Assembly: GCF_001194135.2 (NCBI RefSeq)
Contig: NC_068993.1
Location: forward strand, 36,702,259 to 36,766,258
Source: Octopus bimaculoides
Taxonomy: Eukaryota
DNA length: 64,000 nucleotides
Reading direction: 5' to 3'
Shown: positions 1-13,819 of the stretch, in pieces
Layout of the letters: every line of letters begins with the position of its first letter
Position numbering within the stretch: position 1 is the stretch's first letter
Notes under the pieces: generated by a model
What the model saw: the letters and a program-made list of their open reading frames with translations, nothing else
Databases searched by the model: none
What the model was told of the DNA's origin: nothing
Position numbers and translations under genes: made by a program

Positions 1-315
1 TTCCAATGTGCCAGAAGGCAACGCTGGTAACGATTATGCTCAAATGGTGCTATTTACAGGCCACTAGTACGGAAGCCAGACCGCTGCTCTGGCAATGAAC
101 ACGCTCGACAGTGCTGTTAGTGCTCCACTGGCGCGGTGACCAGTCATCGAGTATGGTTCAATTACGATTTCACTTGCCCCAACAGGTCTTCGCAAGCAGA
201 GTTTAGGGTCCAAAGAAGGAGAGGTTGGCAGGGGTGCCAGTCGTCAAAATGATAATGATGATGATGGTCATGGTGGTGGTGTGATGGTCATGATGGTGGA
301 AATTCAAACACTTAC

Positions 316-443
316 TCTTTTGCTTCTTTCCTTCTCACTGCTGTCGTGCTTACTGAACTGCTTCTCTTGTCTCCTGTGTTCCTCTTTACTCATAGAACTC
401 GATAACTGAAGCTCTACCGATTCTCCATTCAGTTTACTGTTAC
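316..443 (-). CDS. Coding exon of unidentified minus-strand gene: (G)NSKLNGESVELQLSSSMSKEEHRRQEKQFSKHDSSEKERSKR, phase 1 to 0; gene continues left of the window
   Basis: Acceptor gtttattttag, donor aga|gtaagt, 128 nt open in the frame required by the upstream exons, charged low-complexity peptide. Confidence 0.85.
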
Positions 444-779
444 CTAAAATAAACATACAACAAAACAACTTCAATACACACCCAAAACAAAACCTCCCAG
501 TATAAAGAAGATCCTATATTAAACCTGTTTGATAAGGTTTAGTTCCACTATCCATAATATGGTTCTACAATGCCTTCCTTTGTTCCTCTAACTCCTATAT
601 TACAAAAATATTGGTTTCCTAACCCTACTGCCATAGTTACCCCCTCCCCCTTCTCTTCAATATGACCAAATTCTTTGACCCCAATAGCTTACCTACCTTT
701 GTTATTCTCTATCTGCCCTTGTTCTGTCTGTATGTTTATGCAACTCCCATCATCCCTTTCATTTCCAGCTCAATCTCTA

Positions 780-1925
780 CCACTTCAACACCTTATCACA
801 TGCTCTACGTCCTTTCAGACAACATTCCATGCTAGGTTGTATAAACAATGGGAGCCGCCGAATCTTTTAATATCATGTACCAGGGAGTTTTTGCTACTTT
901 ATATTCCTCCAATAGTAACTGTTACAGGCGGCTAGAGTCTTGTAGTAATGCCATACAGTACAGCTTTTGGAAAGCCTGGTGGGAAACCAACTCACTCTCA
1001 CAGGAACTTGCAATAGCACACTGTTCCGTTCTCCTCACTTTTGTTACTGGTGTTTCACACACTTGGAGAGGCCATATTGATGATACCACACGATAAACAA
1101 CCTTCACTAGTTCAATGGTAGTTGGTCTTTCTTTCAATGTGGCCTTAACTCTCAATACCTCTTTTGGCATCGTTTTAGAGGTACTGTATGGATATAGTTA
1201 AGGATCTTAATTCCCTGCTTCTTGATTGTTGGAATCAGCTTCCCACCTCCCATTCTTTGAGCTGATTTCATGTTATAAGTAGACTGTAATATTGCTGGAA
1301 TATGTCATCCAACTATGCTACAACAAGCTTTTTGCTCTTCTTCTTCTTTCTTTCCACCAGAGCAATAAAGACATCTAAAAAAAAAAAATCATGCAGTGAT
1401 GGAAGTACCAAGTGGTCCCTGACCTTCACACCATTTCTGAACACCTTCTTACTCTTCTCAAACATCAACTTCATATTTACCATGAATGGAGGGTAGAGAA
1501 ATGGTATACTCCGTCATGATACTTATTTTTCTGTTCCTACCAATTTGTTATGAATTCTATGGTGGTAAACTACATGACTGCTGATTCATAGTTCCTCACA
1601 CATCCTGGATGTAATCTAATTTTGTGTAACATTGCATGGGCCAGGAACTCATCCTTATTGCATTTACCAGGTCAAAACAGGAAACCTGAAAGTCTTTTCC
1701 ACCCTTCTTAACACATTGAATATTGCACCAAACTATCTGACTATGTTTAAAAACAGCCTGGGAATCCCAAAATACTGGTTCTCTGAAATGGTGTATTTAT
1801 TCAAAGCTAATTGCTTACACTCCATAAAACACTTTAGCCCTTTATACCGTGTAGGGATACCAGATAAAAGCTGATAAATTGCTGATGGGTTCTCCTTAGG
1901 AACCAGTAGGCCCTCTGCTAAGCAC
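780..1925 (-). mobile_element. Highly degraded Penelope-like retroelement (RT to GIY-YIG remnant)
   Basis: Frameshifted remnants in the expected order: RPI(I)SF(I)G(S)PT-like, FDLV, FLDV, KKQGIK, (K)VVY..CLSCG, VRR.EQ.AIA, IQPSME. Many stops and frameshifts. Confidence 0.5.
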
Positions 1926-1948
1926 CAGTTTTGTATCATAGTTCTTAC

Positions 1949-1960
1949 CTTTCAGGCTCT
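1949..1960 (-). CDS. 12-nt symmetric (phase 1-1) microexon AGAGCCTGAAAG, adding (E)SLK
   Basis: Acceptor ttggtttgtttattgcag, donor aag|gtaaga. Phase matches both 3393-3438 (ends phase 1) and 316-443 (starts phase 1). Confidence 0.6.
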
Positions 1961-3392
1961 CTGCAATAAACAAACCAACACTCAGAGAAACTTCTGAGCA
2001 ATGTTTTCTCAAAAACAGATGGATGTCACTTTACAAATCATCCAGCATTCAAAGTGTACTTTCATGTGAACCATTACAGTCCATCTATTTTGAACCATTT
2101 TGGTAGTTACTGTAACCAGGTTCTATAAAAATCTTTAAATTTAAGTATCTAAATTTAACACCACCTTAGTCAGTGAGTAAAAAACAAAAAATGATGAAAA
2201 CAAAAGCTGTCTTGAAATGAAATGAAGGCAACATTGTAACAAGAGAGGGGGGAAAAACTAGATAAATAAAAAAAAGTAGGTTCTGGGCAATGAGAAACGG
2301 TGAAATAATAATCAACAAAAGTCAGAGCAGAGGAGCCAACAGTGTAGAAAGGTCTATTCATCAACTAACTTAACGTTCACTGTTCACAGCACAACTTGAT
2401 GGGAAAGAATGATAAGTTGGAGTTGAGACGACTAATTTATTAGTCAAGTTTATAACTCACACTCATAAATGGAATCTTTTATTTATGGTAATTCCATCAG
2501 CAACTAGGTTAGATATTACTCCTAATTTAGAATGTCAAACGATATTAGGCACATCATTTTGAGAAGGACACAGAGTTAAGAGATTCTCTAGCTAATCAAG
2601 ATTATTCTTATTAGTAGTAGTAGTATTATTTTCTGTAGTAATGTGTTGGGCATAACATTTTTTTAATGACTACATGAAGTTGCTACCATAGAGACAAGGT
2701 TGTTTAAATGTCTATCTTTGCTTTCTACAAGTCTGAAATTCAGAGGCTCAGTAAGTGAATTATTTTTGCAGAAAATGCATTAGAAGTAGTAATGCAAGCA
2801 AAGGTTATGGTTGAGTTGCAGTGTAAACAATTGTTTCTTTTTTGTGGCACTTAACTGAAATGCAAGCAACTTGGAGCACAGATTAGCAATTAAATGGAAT
2901 ACTGTTTGAGGAATGGTTTGAAGTATTGAAACAGCAGTCAGAGGCTGACAAGTTGACTAAATAATATTTCACTTCAAGTATGACCGTGAAATTGAGTGAC
3001 ACTTGACTTATGTGTAAGAAGAATAAAGGAAAATAATGAAATAAGCAAGTGGAAGAGGAATATCCTTTGAAAAATCAGTTTGAAAGATTAACTATCTTTA
3101 GAATCAAATGGCTGTAATGATGATCTGTCTTTCTCGTCACATGCCTCCCGATATCTTTCAAACAGATGAACTAGAAAAATGTAAGTAAACTACTGATGCA
3201 GTAGTTAATTGTACATTTTTAGTAAAAGAAAGGTGATTATCTTTGCTTAAACTTATGAAACCGAATTGATAAGGATGCAAAGAAATCTCGTTTAGAAATC
3301 AGGTATTTGTGTGTTCAGTAAGGCCCTAACCAAATCTGAATTTCCATCTGTCTTTCTGAAAATTGATTAAATAATGAGGGGAAAAAAAATAC

Positions 3393-3438
3393 CTTTTCTT
3401 TTTTTTACTTCCACACTTGAGCGGTCTGAAGAAATATC
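3393..3438 (-). CDS. Coding exon DISSDRSSVEVKKRK+g, phase 0 to 1
   Basis: Acceptor tctattttaacttttacag with a branch-point-like TTAAC, donor aag|gtattt. Links 5068-5127 to the downstream phase-1 exons. Confidence 0.75.
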
Positions 3439-3819
3439 CTGTAAAAGTTAAAATAGAACATTTTTGAAAATGAAATACTATCTCTGGTTCAGCAAGAAAT
3501 TACATTTTATTTTGAAACTGAAGACAACAGAATATTTCCAGTGGAGTAGGTTGAAAGGAGAGGATGTGTAGAACAGTTTAAATCATTTGGTAGATTTGTT
3601 AACAAACAGTTGCCTGGGTAAAGTAAGACACAAGAGTTGTAAAGAATAAAAATAAATAAATGAAACAAACAAGAAAAACATACAAGGATCAACAAATTTA
3701 CAGAGCTGTAATTGGTAAATTATACTGGTAAGGTTTTTAGGAAAAAATATCTGTGTTTTGCTATGATTAAATTTTAAAACAAAAACTAATGTTACTGACC
3801 TATAAATGCTTCTCTTCAG

Positions 3820-3870
<51 letters not shown>

Positions 3871-4323
3871 TAGCAATAAACACAAAAAGAGGGTGGTGTA
3901 GACTGTGGGAATGGGAAATATGTTTTAACATGACAACCTATTGGAGGCTCTTGAGAACAGCAGACATGAAAATCGTGATGAAATAACCATAATGCAGAGG
4001 AAGAGACAGAGTGTGAGAGTGTGTTGTGTGACTGATAATACTTTTTAGTAGCAATGGAATTGGTGAATATAACAGATGTATTTGTAGCCATTCACACTGA
4101 TGGGTCGAGTTGAAGACATTACCATATAACAAGACAAATAAACCAGTTAAGCTAATAACTTCTCATTATTAAGATGTATGAGAGAGAGAGTATATTCTTT
4201 TTATATATGTTCTGAACCAGTCTTACACCCAACTGTTACTCTCCTGCCTCTCAGACCATATCAGCTCTGTCATTTCTCCATGTAAACTAAGACCACAGTG
4301 TTGCCTTGGTTTTAAGCTCAACA

Positions 4324-4377
<54 letters not shown>

Positions 4378-4539
4378 GAATATACACACGTGTGCATAGG
4401 AGTATGTATTTATCCCCACTTAAATGTGGATGTTCTGTTAGAACAAACAATACTGCAGAAGTTACCATGAGAAACTTTCATATTGGTTTTTGGTGCAAAA
4501 TGCACTCTTGTTTATATCACAAGTGGGGAGATACACACA

Positions 4540-4700
4540 CTAAGGGGTGCTGAAAAGTTCCTGGTTTTGAGTAAAAGAAAATACAATAGGATCAGTTAAT
4601 TATGATTTTATCCAACATTTCTCCTCACAGATTCATACACTTATTGCAGCAGTCTTTTAGTTTTTCTAAGCCCTGTAAAAGAACTCAGAAGATTGGGCCA
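4540..4700 (-). mobile_element. Mariner-derived terminal fragment
   Basis: ggggtgctgaaaagttcctgg TIR-like end followed by sequence resembling the mariner 3' end. Confidence 0.45.
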
Positions 4701-5067
4701 ATGGTCACTCTTATGACTGGCCATAACTTATAACTTCCTAAAAAATATATTACTGTTCTAATGTTTTAGAGTGTACTTCTTTTTTGGATATATGAACTAC
4801 TGGCGATTTGTACACACATACACATACTGTGTGCGTGTGTGTGTGTGTATGTATATATATCATCATCATCGTTTATATATATATAAAACCTAACCAGCTG
4901 TTCTCTTTGTTTTATCCTAGATATATAATATGATCTGGATAACTCTGTCTTAGTTTACATATCTTCAGTTTTTCTAAATTTCATCAACACTTCAATAAAC
5001 TTCTTCCATTTTGTTTTCAATGTTGTTAACAACATCAATAATAATCTGAAGCAATACTGCAGCTTAC

Positions 5068-5127
5068 CCGTTTTTTCTCTTTCTTCTTTTCTTCATAATA
5101 TTCACGTTCTTTTTCACTGGAAGGACT
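5068..5127 (-). CDS. Coding exon SPSSEKEREYYEEKKKEKKR, phase 0 to 0
   Basis: Acceptor ttttaattccag, donor cgg|gtaagc, 60 nt open, purine-rich. Confidence 0.8.
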
Positions 5128-6257
5128 CTGGAATTAAAATTGAACACGTGTAAACAGATGAACACATTCTCCTGAAAAATCCTCGTTCAGTGACTTAACA
5201 AAGAAAAATCTTTTTTTTCCATTCAAATGATATTTTTTAGTATTTAAAGTCAAGTCAAAAGACATATTGCAGTTTGAAAGAAACAAATACTTAGAAAGAT
5301 AAAAGAATATGTAAGACAACAGAAAAGGACCATGTGAAAGTTGAACTGAAATTCTGTGTAAATTATACAAGAGGCCTCGGTTAGGGCTGAGTGTGTTTTG
5401 GACCTACTGAAATAAATGGAATATTTCTAAGTGAAATTTTATAATTTAGAGTAAATTTTTTTTGTGGGGGAGGGATACAGATAAAATAAATGAAGACAGC
5501 CAGTTAGCTTAGTAAAGGAGGAGGAGGAAGGGTGAATTGAGCTGGGACAATGTCAGGCTACGATGACTCCTTAGTCTTGCCAAGTTGAAGTGCCATGATA
5601 AAATGCACCCAGTACACTTTGTAAAGCAGTTGGTGTTAGGAAGGGCATCCAATTGTGGAACTCATAGCCAAATTTGGACATCTGAGAGGGAGAGAAAGAG
5701 AGAGACACGTGGTCCTCCAATCCATCTATGAGGGCAGTAAGTCTGAATAAGAACTGATTGCCAGTATCGAAAATTAATATAAAGCCATGAAACGGTAAGG
5801 AGGAATATCAATATTTAGTATTGCAAAGGAAACTAATGATAGAACAGATGACTAGTCACGAAAAACTTTTCAAATTATTTTAATTGTTAACAATTAACAA
5901 TGTTGTGATATGGCTGGCAACCCATCATTAGGATTGAATCATGTATAAGATTACCAACTGTCTCTAGTGAATTTTAAGTAGTCAAAACAGTGAGGTTGTC
6001 CTTGAGTTGGGTAGATATACCACATCTGCTACACTGTACCTAACCAGAAAACTACTACCATAGCATAAATTACATTACAGGACATAAAATATAGTATATC
6101 TAGTGTGTGAAACCTAGGAATAGGTCTTCAGAATTCAATAAGGCACTTCCATATTATAGATTTTCTCAATAGAGCTGAGTGGGCTAACACAAATGTATTT
6201 AAATTAGATGCAAAGCCAGAAATTATGAAGGGTGGAAGACTAGTTAATAACACTGAC

Positions 6258-6286
6258 CGATACTTTATCTCCTCCAAAATACCAGT
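6258..6286 (-). CDS. Short coding exon (D)WYFGGDKVS, phase 1 to 0
   Basis: Acceptor aaaccttttcag, donor tcg|gtcagt. Phase links 27801-27885 to 5068-5127. Short, so a chance match is possible. Confidence 0.6.
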
Positions 6287-6836
6287 CTGAAAAGGTTTAA
6301 CCTTTTTGTTACAATATTTCTGTTGAATTACACTGCCTTTATCATTGTTAAGCTGGTGCTTGGAATATAAATTAACAACAAATTTAGATGGAAGGTTTTA
6401 ATTTAGATTGTAGAACCATGGGCAGTTTCAGGCAAGTTGGCTTCGAAAGATGGCTTAGTGAGATTCGAACTCAGAACATAAAGAACCAGAATAAGCATCA
6501 CAAAGCAATTTGTCTGGCATTCTAATGATTCTGCCAATTTGTCGCCCTTGATGTTTGTAGTGAAGACAACACAGAGAACTACTATTAAAAAAAGGAAAAA
6601 CAAGAAAACAACAATACACACACATACATACATATTAGACCTGGTTGGTATGGCTAGTGTTTGGTATGCCTAATATTATATATATTGGATATACTGCTGC
6701 TTTTTATATAGGTTTGGTATCTATGTGGTTGGTGGGAGGTACCAAGCTGTAAAACCACACCAAGTATAAAGGTACAAACAAAGGAAGTGGGGAGATTTCA
6801 CAAGCTACAGTAGTCGACCTTTCTAGAAGAACAGTA

Positions 6837-6867
<31 letters not shown>

Positions 6868-6874
<7 letters not shown>

Positions 6875-7314
6875 TTCTTTCTACTACAGGCACAAAGCCT
6901 GAAATTTTGAGGGGGGGGGGCTGGTTGAGTTCATCAACCCCAGTGCTTGACTGGTACTTATTTTATCAACCATGAAAGTTGAAGTCAACCTCAGTGGCAT
7001 TTGAACTCAGAATGAAAAGATGGACAAAATGCCACTAAACATTTTGCCTGGCATGCTAATGGTTCTGCCAGCTAGCCACCTTAATAACAACAACAATCAT
7101 AATAATACTGATAATTTTTACACAAGGCTAGCAATTTTGGGGGGGAGGGTGTAAGTCGATTACATTGACTCCATAGTTCAACTGATACTTATTTTATTGG
7201 CTCTGAAAGGTTGAAAGGCAAAAATCAACCTTGACAGAATTTGAACTCAGAACACAAAGATGGATGAATACCACTAAACATTTTGTCCACATACTAAAGA
7301 TTCCGCCAGCTCAC
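6868..7314 (-). mobile_element. Two stacked tRNA-derived SINEs (family B: A/B box head, GCCTTTCATCC...AAGTACCAG core, (ATT)n tail)
   Basis: B box GAGTTCAAAT and the same core and tail seen in more than 20 copies in the window. Confidence 0.85.
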
Positions 7315-7734
7315 GACAACAACAATAATAATAATATACAGGATAGCATCTTGTTTATCCTGTTAGTCTTGCAACAGATAACCTTCCTAGTGCTGGTAGT
7401 ATTATAAATGCACTGATTCCACACTGTAAAGTGGTTGGAGACCACAGAAAGCCTGACATATAACAACAAAGGTGACTGATTTTCAGTGTTGTATGTATGA
7501 CAGATTAACAAAGAAAATAATACACCCAATCCATGGTGGTGGATTCCCACCATGGATACTTAGGGGGTAGATTTAATCATCCATCACTCAGTTTAACATC
7601 ACCACCTGGCACTTTGGGGGGTGCCTTTGGTGGAGTCCACTCTTGCAAGCATTTGAACCCAGTCTCTAGTTTGATGATACTTTTCCCCCAAGACTAAAAG
7701 ATGAATTTTTTTTTTAAATGCCATGCATACATGA

Positions 7735-8189
7735 AAACATAGTTGTATGGTTAAGAAGCTTACTTCCCAACCTCATGGTCTTGAGTTCAGTCCCACTGTG
7801 TGTCACCTTCAAGTGTCTTCTACTGTTGATCCAGTGAGTGGATTTGGAAGACAGAAACTGAAAGAAGCTGGGTGTATTTATGGATATGTAGAAAAAAAGG
7901 TAAGGACCCCACTTTGGTCATGAATGGCCATGAGATTGCATCTAGAAAGTTGCCCTCTGAGGCACAAGTCTGGGCAAGGTTGTTTATGAAAGACTGGCAG
8001 TCGGTCATACATACCAGCCTCCCCTCTCCACGTTACTGATGTTATCCAAGGGAAACGAAAAGGCTGATACAGCTTGGCACCAGTGACAAAGTGTCTTGCC
8101 CAAGAACACAACACAGCCCAGTCCAACAATCAAACTCACCACCTCATGATTGTGAGCTCAATGCTCTAACCAGTGAGCCATACACCTTC

Positions 8190-8222
<33 letters not shown>

Positions 8223-8420
8223 TGCGTCAGTTTTTGTGCCCCACTGTTAGTTTAAGTCCCTTGTAACTTAGCAGTTCAGCAAAAGTGACCAATGGAATAA
8301 TTGTCAGTCTTTAAAAAAAAATAAGTACTGGAGTTGATGTGTTCAACTACATTTCTCAAGGCAGATGCTCCAGCATGGCTACAGTGCAATGGCTGAAATA
8401 AGTGAAAGATAAAAGAAAGA
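7735..8420 (+). mobile_element. Composite tRNA-derived SINE family A (head, (TG)n, 3' module) with nested SINE pieces
   Basis: Same head (ggttaagaagcttgcttcccaaccacatgg...) and tail (gactgaaacaagtaaaag) at 19700-20080, 28545-29150, 46205-46965 and 57835-58190. Confidence 0.8.
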
Positions 8421-8712
8421 TAACAGATGCCAGCATGCAAAAAAAAAAATGGATAAAACTATGATGATGATGATGATGCTATTGTCCCTATCTGATGTGT
8501 AAATAAATTTCAAATGTTTCAACANNNNNNNNNNCTACATTTCTCAAGGCAGATGCTCCAGCATGGCTACAGTGCAATGGCTGAAATAAGTGAAAGATAA
8601 AAGAAAGATAACAGATGCCAGCATGCAAAAAAAAAAATGGATAAAACTATGATGATGATGATGATGCTATTGTCCCTATCTGATGTGTAAATAAATTTCA
8701 AATGTTTCAACA
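8347..8712. other. Identical 178-bp duplication across a 10-N gap (probable scaffolding overlap artefact)
   Basis: 8347-8524 equals 8535-8712, separated only by Ns. Confidence 0.85.
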
Positions 8713-9099
8713 ATTGTCATCAATAAAGGACTGGTATCTTAACAGTTTAAATATCTCTAAAGAAAGAACTAGACACAAGCCTTATAATAACCCCTTCACA
8801 GATTAGATATTTTTTAAGCATCACCACCTTTTTCTTTCTTTTTTTTTTTGTGCGTTTACATACTGAGTTTACGATTCTGACATATTAGATCTGTTTTTAT
8901 AAACATGTAAATGATTATTTTAGTTTGGTGGCAGATGAAGGAAGAGAAAATTAAGAGGAGAAAACAAGGAGGACACCTACTGGGTAAAAGACAGGAGAAT
9001 GCTATAGACAAAAGGTATAACGTTATTGAAAGGAATATTTACCAAATCCACATCAACATAAAATGAAGCACTATAAAACTAGAGATGACTGATAATGTT

Positions 9100-9418
9100 A
9101 GAGGTATTGTTTTCAGTCATGTTTGTTTGTCTGTGGACAAGTTATCTCAAGGACTTCTGGATGGATTCAGATGAAACTTTCAGGGATGTTTGGCCTTGTG
9201 ACTGATTATCAATCTGGTACTGGACAACGATTCTGGATTATTTTTTCTGTTTTTTTAACTTAATTTCTGAGAGCGGTCAGGTTCATTTTTAGTATTCTCA
9301 TTTGTGAGTGCAATCGAGTTTATTTCAGATATTCTCATTTTTAAAATCATCTCTGGGTAGTCGTTGAGAGGATGCTGGTGTTGCCTTGGCAGAGGTTCAC
9401 GCTCTCTGAGTGCTCGTT
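9100..9418 (+). mobile_element. HINE/DINE-1-like (Helentron-associated) non-autonomous element, 5' eroded
   Basis: gaggtattgttttc...gtttgtttgtctgt...gatgaaactttc 5' block and ccttggcagagg...ctctctgagtgctcgtt 3' end. Family assignment is from recalled consensus features. Confidence 0.5.
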
Positions 9419-12400
9419 ATTATCATTATTAAAGGCAGCAAACTTTCAGAATCATTAGCATATCAGACAAAATGCTTAGTGGCATTTCATCTGTCTTATG
9501 TTTTAAGTTTAAATTCTGTTGACTTTGCCTCTCACCCTTGTGGTCAATAAATTAAGTACCAGCTGAGTGCACATGAAGGGAGGGTGGGAGTGTAACTGAG
9601 TTGCATCCCCACCCCTTTTGGTTTTTGTGCCTATAGCAAGAAGGACTATTATTATAAAAGAACTTGAAATGGAAAACATTGATCATCAAGATAAGTAAAA
9701 GCATGGTTTTCCTTGCAGGTTGGTGCCACATAAACGCATCCATGCCGGTGCTGTGTAAAGGCACCCACTACACTTTCAGAGTGGTTGGCATTAGGAAGGG
9801 CATCCAGCCAGAGAAACTATGCCAAAACAAACAAGCAGCCTGGGCAGCTCATCAACTGGCCAGCTCCTGTCAGCATGGAAAACAGATGTATGATGATAAT
9901 GATGCTTTCCTTTCATTTAACATACAAAAAACTTTTACTGCTGCTACTTTAATCCAATTGAGAATCAAATTCATTCTTGGAGAGGATAAAAACCTTATTT
10001 CAAGGAGTCTCCAATCACCAACCCTGAAATACCATGCAACAAAGCACCACCAGCTGTAGATTTGAACCTTCACATCATGAATTTGTGGCTAAATACCTCA
10101 TCTACTCAACTGTTTTGCCTGGTTGTGTTTAGGTGAGAGAAACATTACTGCTTGGTTAAAATGTTCATTTTACAACCACGTGGTTTCAGGTTCAATCCCA
10201 CTGCATGGCACTTCGACAACTGCTTTCTATTATAGCTCTAGGATGAACAAAATCTTGTGAATGGGTTTGGTAGAGTAATCTAAAGAGTAATCCAAATATC
10301 TCATCCACAGAGAATATAATGATCCTTTTATGGAACAAAAGTGTAAATTGTTTTGTAATTGATTAAAAGAAATTTGCTTATTTTTTTTTTATTTGTAGCC
10401 AAAATGAAAACCCTTTCCTATCCAAGAATGTGAAATTCTTTCTCATTTGATTTCAACTTTGCACCATTTAGAATCATAAAAAAATGTTTTTAAATTTTTA
10501 AATAATAGAATTGTTACAATATTTCTAGGGTCCTCTATTGGCTATGATTAACCATGTGCCTCCACTTGTATGCGCTTGTCTGGATAAAGGTGTTGTAGTA
10601 CTACTGCTGCTGCTACTACTACTGGCAGTTGATCCTGCATGCAAGCCTCCATTCTCTATGTCACTGATGTTATTCAAGGGAACTGCAGTTTTAGGCCTTC
10701 ACAGCCAGGCACTAGTACTGTTGCAGCAGTTGTTTTTCAGAATGCAATGGTCTCAAATAGATCTTGCATAACATCTAATTCCAAGACTCTAAAAGTTCCA
10801 CCAATCCACTGCCATGAATTGGTACATTCTTATTCACCTACCCTGCTCCCAAGATGAAAGGCAAAGCTGACCTCAGCAGGATGTGAACACAGAATGCAGA
10901 GATAGAGAAAATACCACAAAAGACATTCTATGTAATACTGTGCCACTTCACCACCCCCATATCTGCAATAACAGCCAAGATGGTATGAATAACACCTTGG
11001 CTTTTATGAACAAAAGAATGTGAATAAAATGTGCAGTCATGGCTGTGTGGGAAGAAGTTTGCTTTCCAACCACTTGATTTCAGGTTCAGTTTCTAAGCAT
11101 GGTACCTTGGGTAAGTGCTGTCTACTATAGTTTCAGGCTGACAAAAGCCTTAGAAGTGGATTTAGTAGATGGTAACTGAAAGACCTCTGTCACACATACA
11201 CACACACACACATACACATCATCATCATCATCATTTAACATCCGTTTTCTATGCTGGTATGGGTTGGACAGTTTGACAGGAACTAGCAAGCCAGAGGGCT
11301 GCATCAGGTTTCAATCATCTGTTTTGGCATTGTTTCTACAGCTGGATGCCTTTCCTAACACCAAACACTTTACAGAGTGTACTGGCTGCTTTGTGTGTGT
11401 GTGTATTTGTGTCTGAGCGTGCACATGTATATTAGTGACTCTCTGTCTTGATATCAATTAATAGTTGTGAGTAAGTGTCACTGTGGACACACAAGGGATG
11501 TTGGTTTCCAATCTTCCATGAAACTATGTCTGGTTGTCACAGGAAATATTACCTTACTTGGAAACAGGTGAGAGTTAGTGACAGAAAGGGCATCCAGTCA
11601 TTGAAAGTCTGCCTCAACAATTTCTGACTGAGCCATGAAAGCAAGGAAAAGTAGACATGGTGGTGGTGGTGATGATGAATAAAAGAAACCTAAAATACTG
11701 AACTCATAAGTTCACGTCAATATAGGTTTGTTTAAGCCAATGGAACACCTCTCGCTTTTAATTCTAAAATTTAATAAAAATAAATCATATGTGACTTTCA
11801 CGGCAATTAATGGATGCTTTGGAAACAATCCAAAGACTGCATCATTGGTAATGTGTTGGTGCTAATCATAAATCCAGCAGAAAATAAACAGGTGCATCAA
11901 CTAATGAAAGAGGAAACAGGGAAGAAATTAAACAATTTTGATTTTCATAATTCTACCATTATTAACAGAGTTTAAAATATAATATAACTTGTATGAAATA
12001 ATTTCTAACAGAATGTAGTAATTAACAGGATATAATAATTACCAATGATAATTAAAACTATACAATTTATGGCAGCAAATTGGGAGAGGTTTGGCTCGAT
12101 TACTTTGGAGTATTCTTTCTAGATATCTGCACTCTAAGTTCAAACACACCCAAGGCAATGTAAGCCCGTGACTCCTTTGAGGGTGGATAAAGTACCAGTT
12201 CTGTACTGAAGTCAATTTTTCTCTCTTTCTAGAACAAATTGGCTGTGGTCAGAGGAATGGACTTTGGTAAGTCTCAAAAACGCCCACGATACACCATTTG
12301 ACATCATGGCACCCTTATGAGTTTGAGTGCCCAAGGCAGTTACCTATACTACATGCCTTCTAGTTTTACAAATAGGTACACAATATCTATGTGTGGTCAG

Positions 12401-12539
12401 AGGCATTAACAGTGTTGGCAGTAGGAAATGCATCTGGCCATTGAGAGATGATGATGATAGTGAGTATATAATAATAAAGTGAAAAAAAAAAAGAGGGAAA
12501 AAAGGGAAGCTGCACGTATAACACACAACTTAGAAGCAG

Positions 12540-12800
12540 CGCTACAGATGTACCGATACATATGAGATTGAGACATAGCCGACCTCACGCACTTCTCATG
12601 AGGAATTCCGGAAAGAGCTTCCTGAGACCACTGCTGAGACGCTTCCGAAAAAAGAAAAGCAGTTGGAAAACAGATTATAGCAGCGACTCCATCTAAGAAT
12701 ATCTGAAGAAGGAATTGTATTCCGAAATATCATCAGACTATAGATAACTAAATTACAACAGGTATATAGTCCATTTTTTGTATTATAGTGCATTCTTGCA
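12540..12800 (+). mobile_element. Probable Penelope-like 3' fragment with hammerhead core (CTGAAGA-A-GGAA ttgtat TTCC-GAAA-TATC at 12703-12732)
   Basis: Core and helix II intact, helix I only 2 bp. GC-richer than the flanks. Confidence 0.4.
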
Positions 12801-13819
12801 CCATTCAAAACATTTTATTCTTTACAAACAATACACAATGCTTCAAGTGAACTACAATACTCTCCTATAGAACTAGTATATCTAGAAAAAGTTACAGATA
12901 TTCTTTAGATAAATTTTGCTAACAGTTATAGCCCAACCCCATTTTCTTTGGTTCTGAACTGTTTAATCTGTCCTCTCTTCCCAATATTTCTTTATACACA
13001 AATTCTGCAGATAAAAAAAAAAGTAAATGCAACAATTTTTTTGAAGTATTTTACATTATTTAGTTTCATTTCATTAAGAAAATAAAAATTGTGACTTAAT
13101 GGAAAAATGACAATCCTTAGTGAGGACAAATGTGTTGGCAAATGGTAACATAAAAACTCCATAGAGAGGAATAAATTTTCTGTCTAGTACCTCGAGTAGA
13201 ACTCTTAGTCAGAGACAATAATGCCAATAACACTGCTTCCACTAGTGTTTTGCTTGCTTTCCATTTTAGTGTGGGTTAAGTTGTTGTGGTCTGAATCAGC
13301 ACCTACTCCGAGTCGTAGCCCTCCTAGATGAGTTGGTGGACCAAGTATTACTTGTGGGTTTTCATCTTTGACTTAGTTTCTTCAGCTGGATATCGTTCCC
13401 AACACCAACCACTTTACAGGGTGGCAGAAACATTAGATCTACTTCTTTATTTACTTAACTTCAGTCCAAATACTGACACCCATGAAAACAAGAACAAAGA
13501 TTTTGTGTAGAAGTAGCTAACATTACATTTAAAAAAAAAAATTCTAAATAACTATTTTGGTGAGAGAAAGCTTATAGTGTGGGCTTGCTTCAACTTGGAC
13601 AGGCTCATTAAAAAGATATCCAGCTTTAATTTTCTTTATTACTAGAATATTTACACAATAAAGGAACTTAAAAGATATTATATTATTCCCCAGTTCAATG
13701 ACTGCATTCTCTCATACCCACCTTGGACATAAATATACCTGTTACACACACACACACACACACACAGACAGTATACCAGAAAATTCTGTAATTATAATGC
13801 TTTCTTTTCCAAAATTAAT

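Noticed and set aside
2770-3300. Possible hAT/Charlie transposase relic (..PDIFQ..ELE..)
   Set aside because: Similarity is too weak to call by eye.
12589-12702. GC-richer segment with acceptor ttcttcag and donor gtgagg as a minus-strand exon
   Set aside because: The phase needed by the chain hits a stop, and the acceptor overlaps a hammerhead-like core of a probable Penelope-like end.
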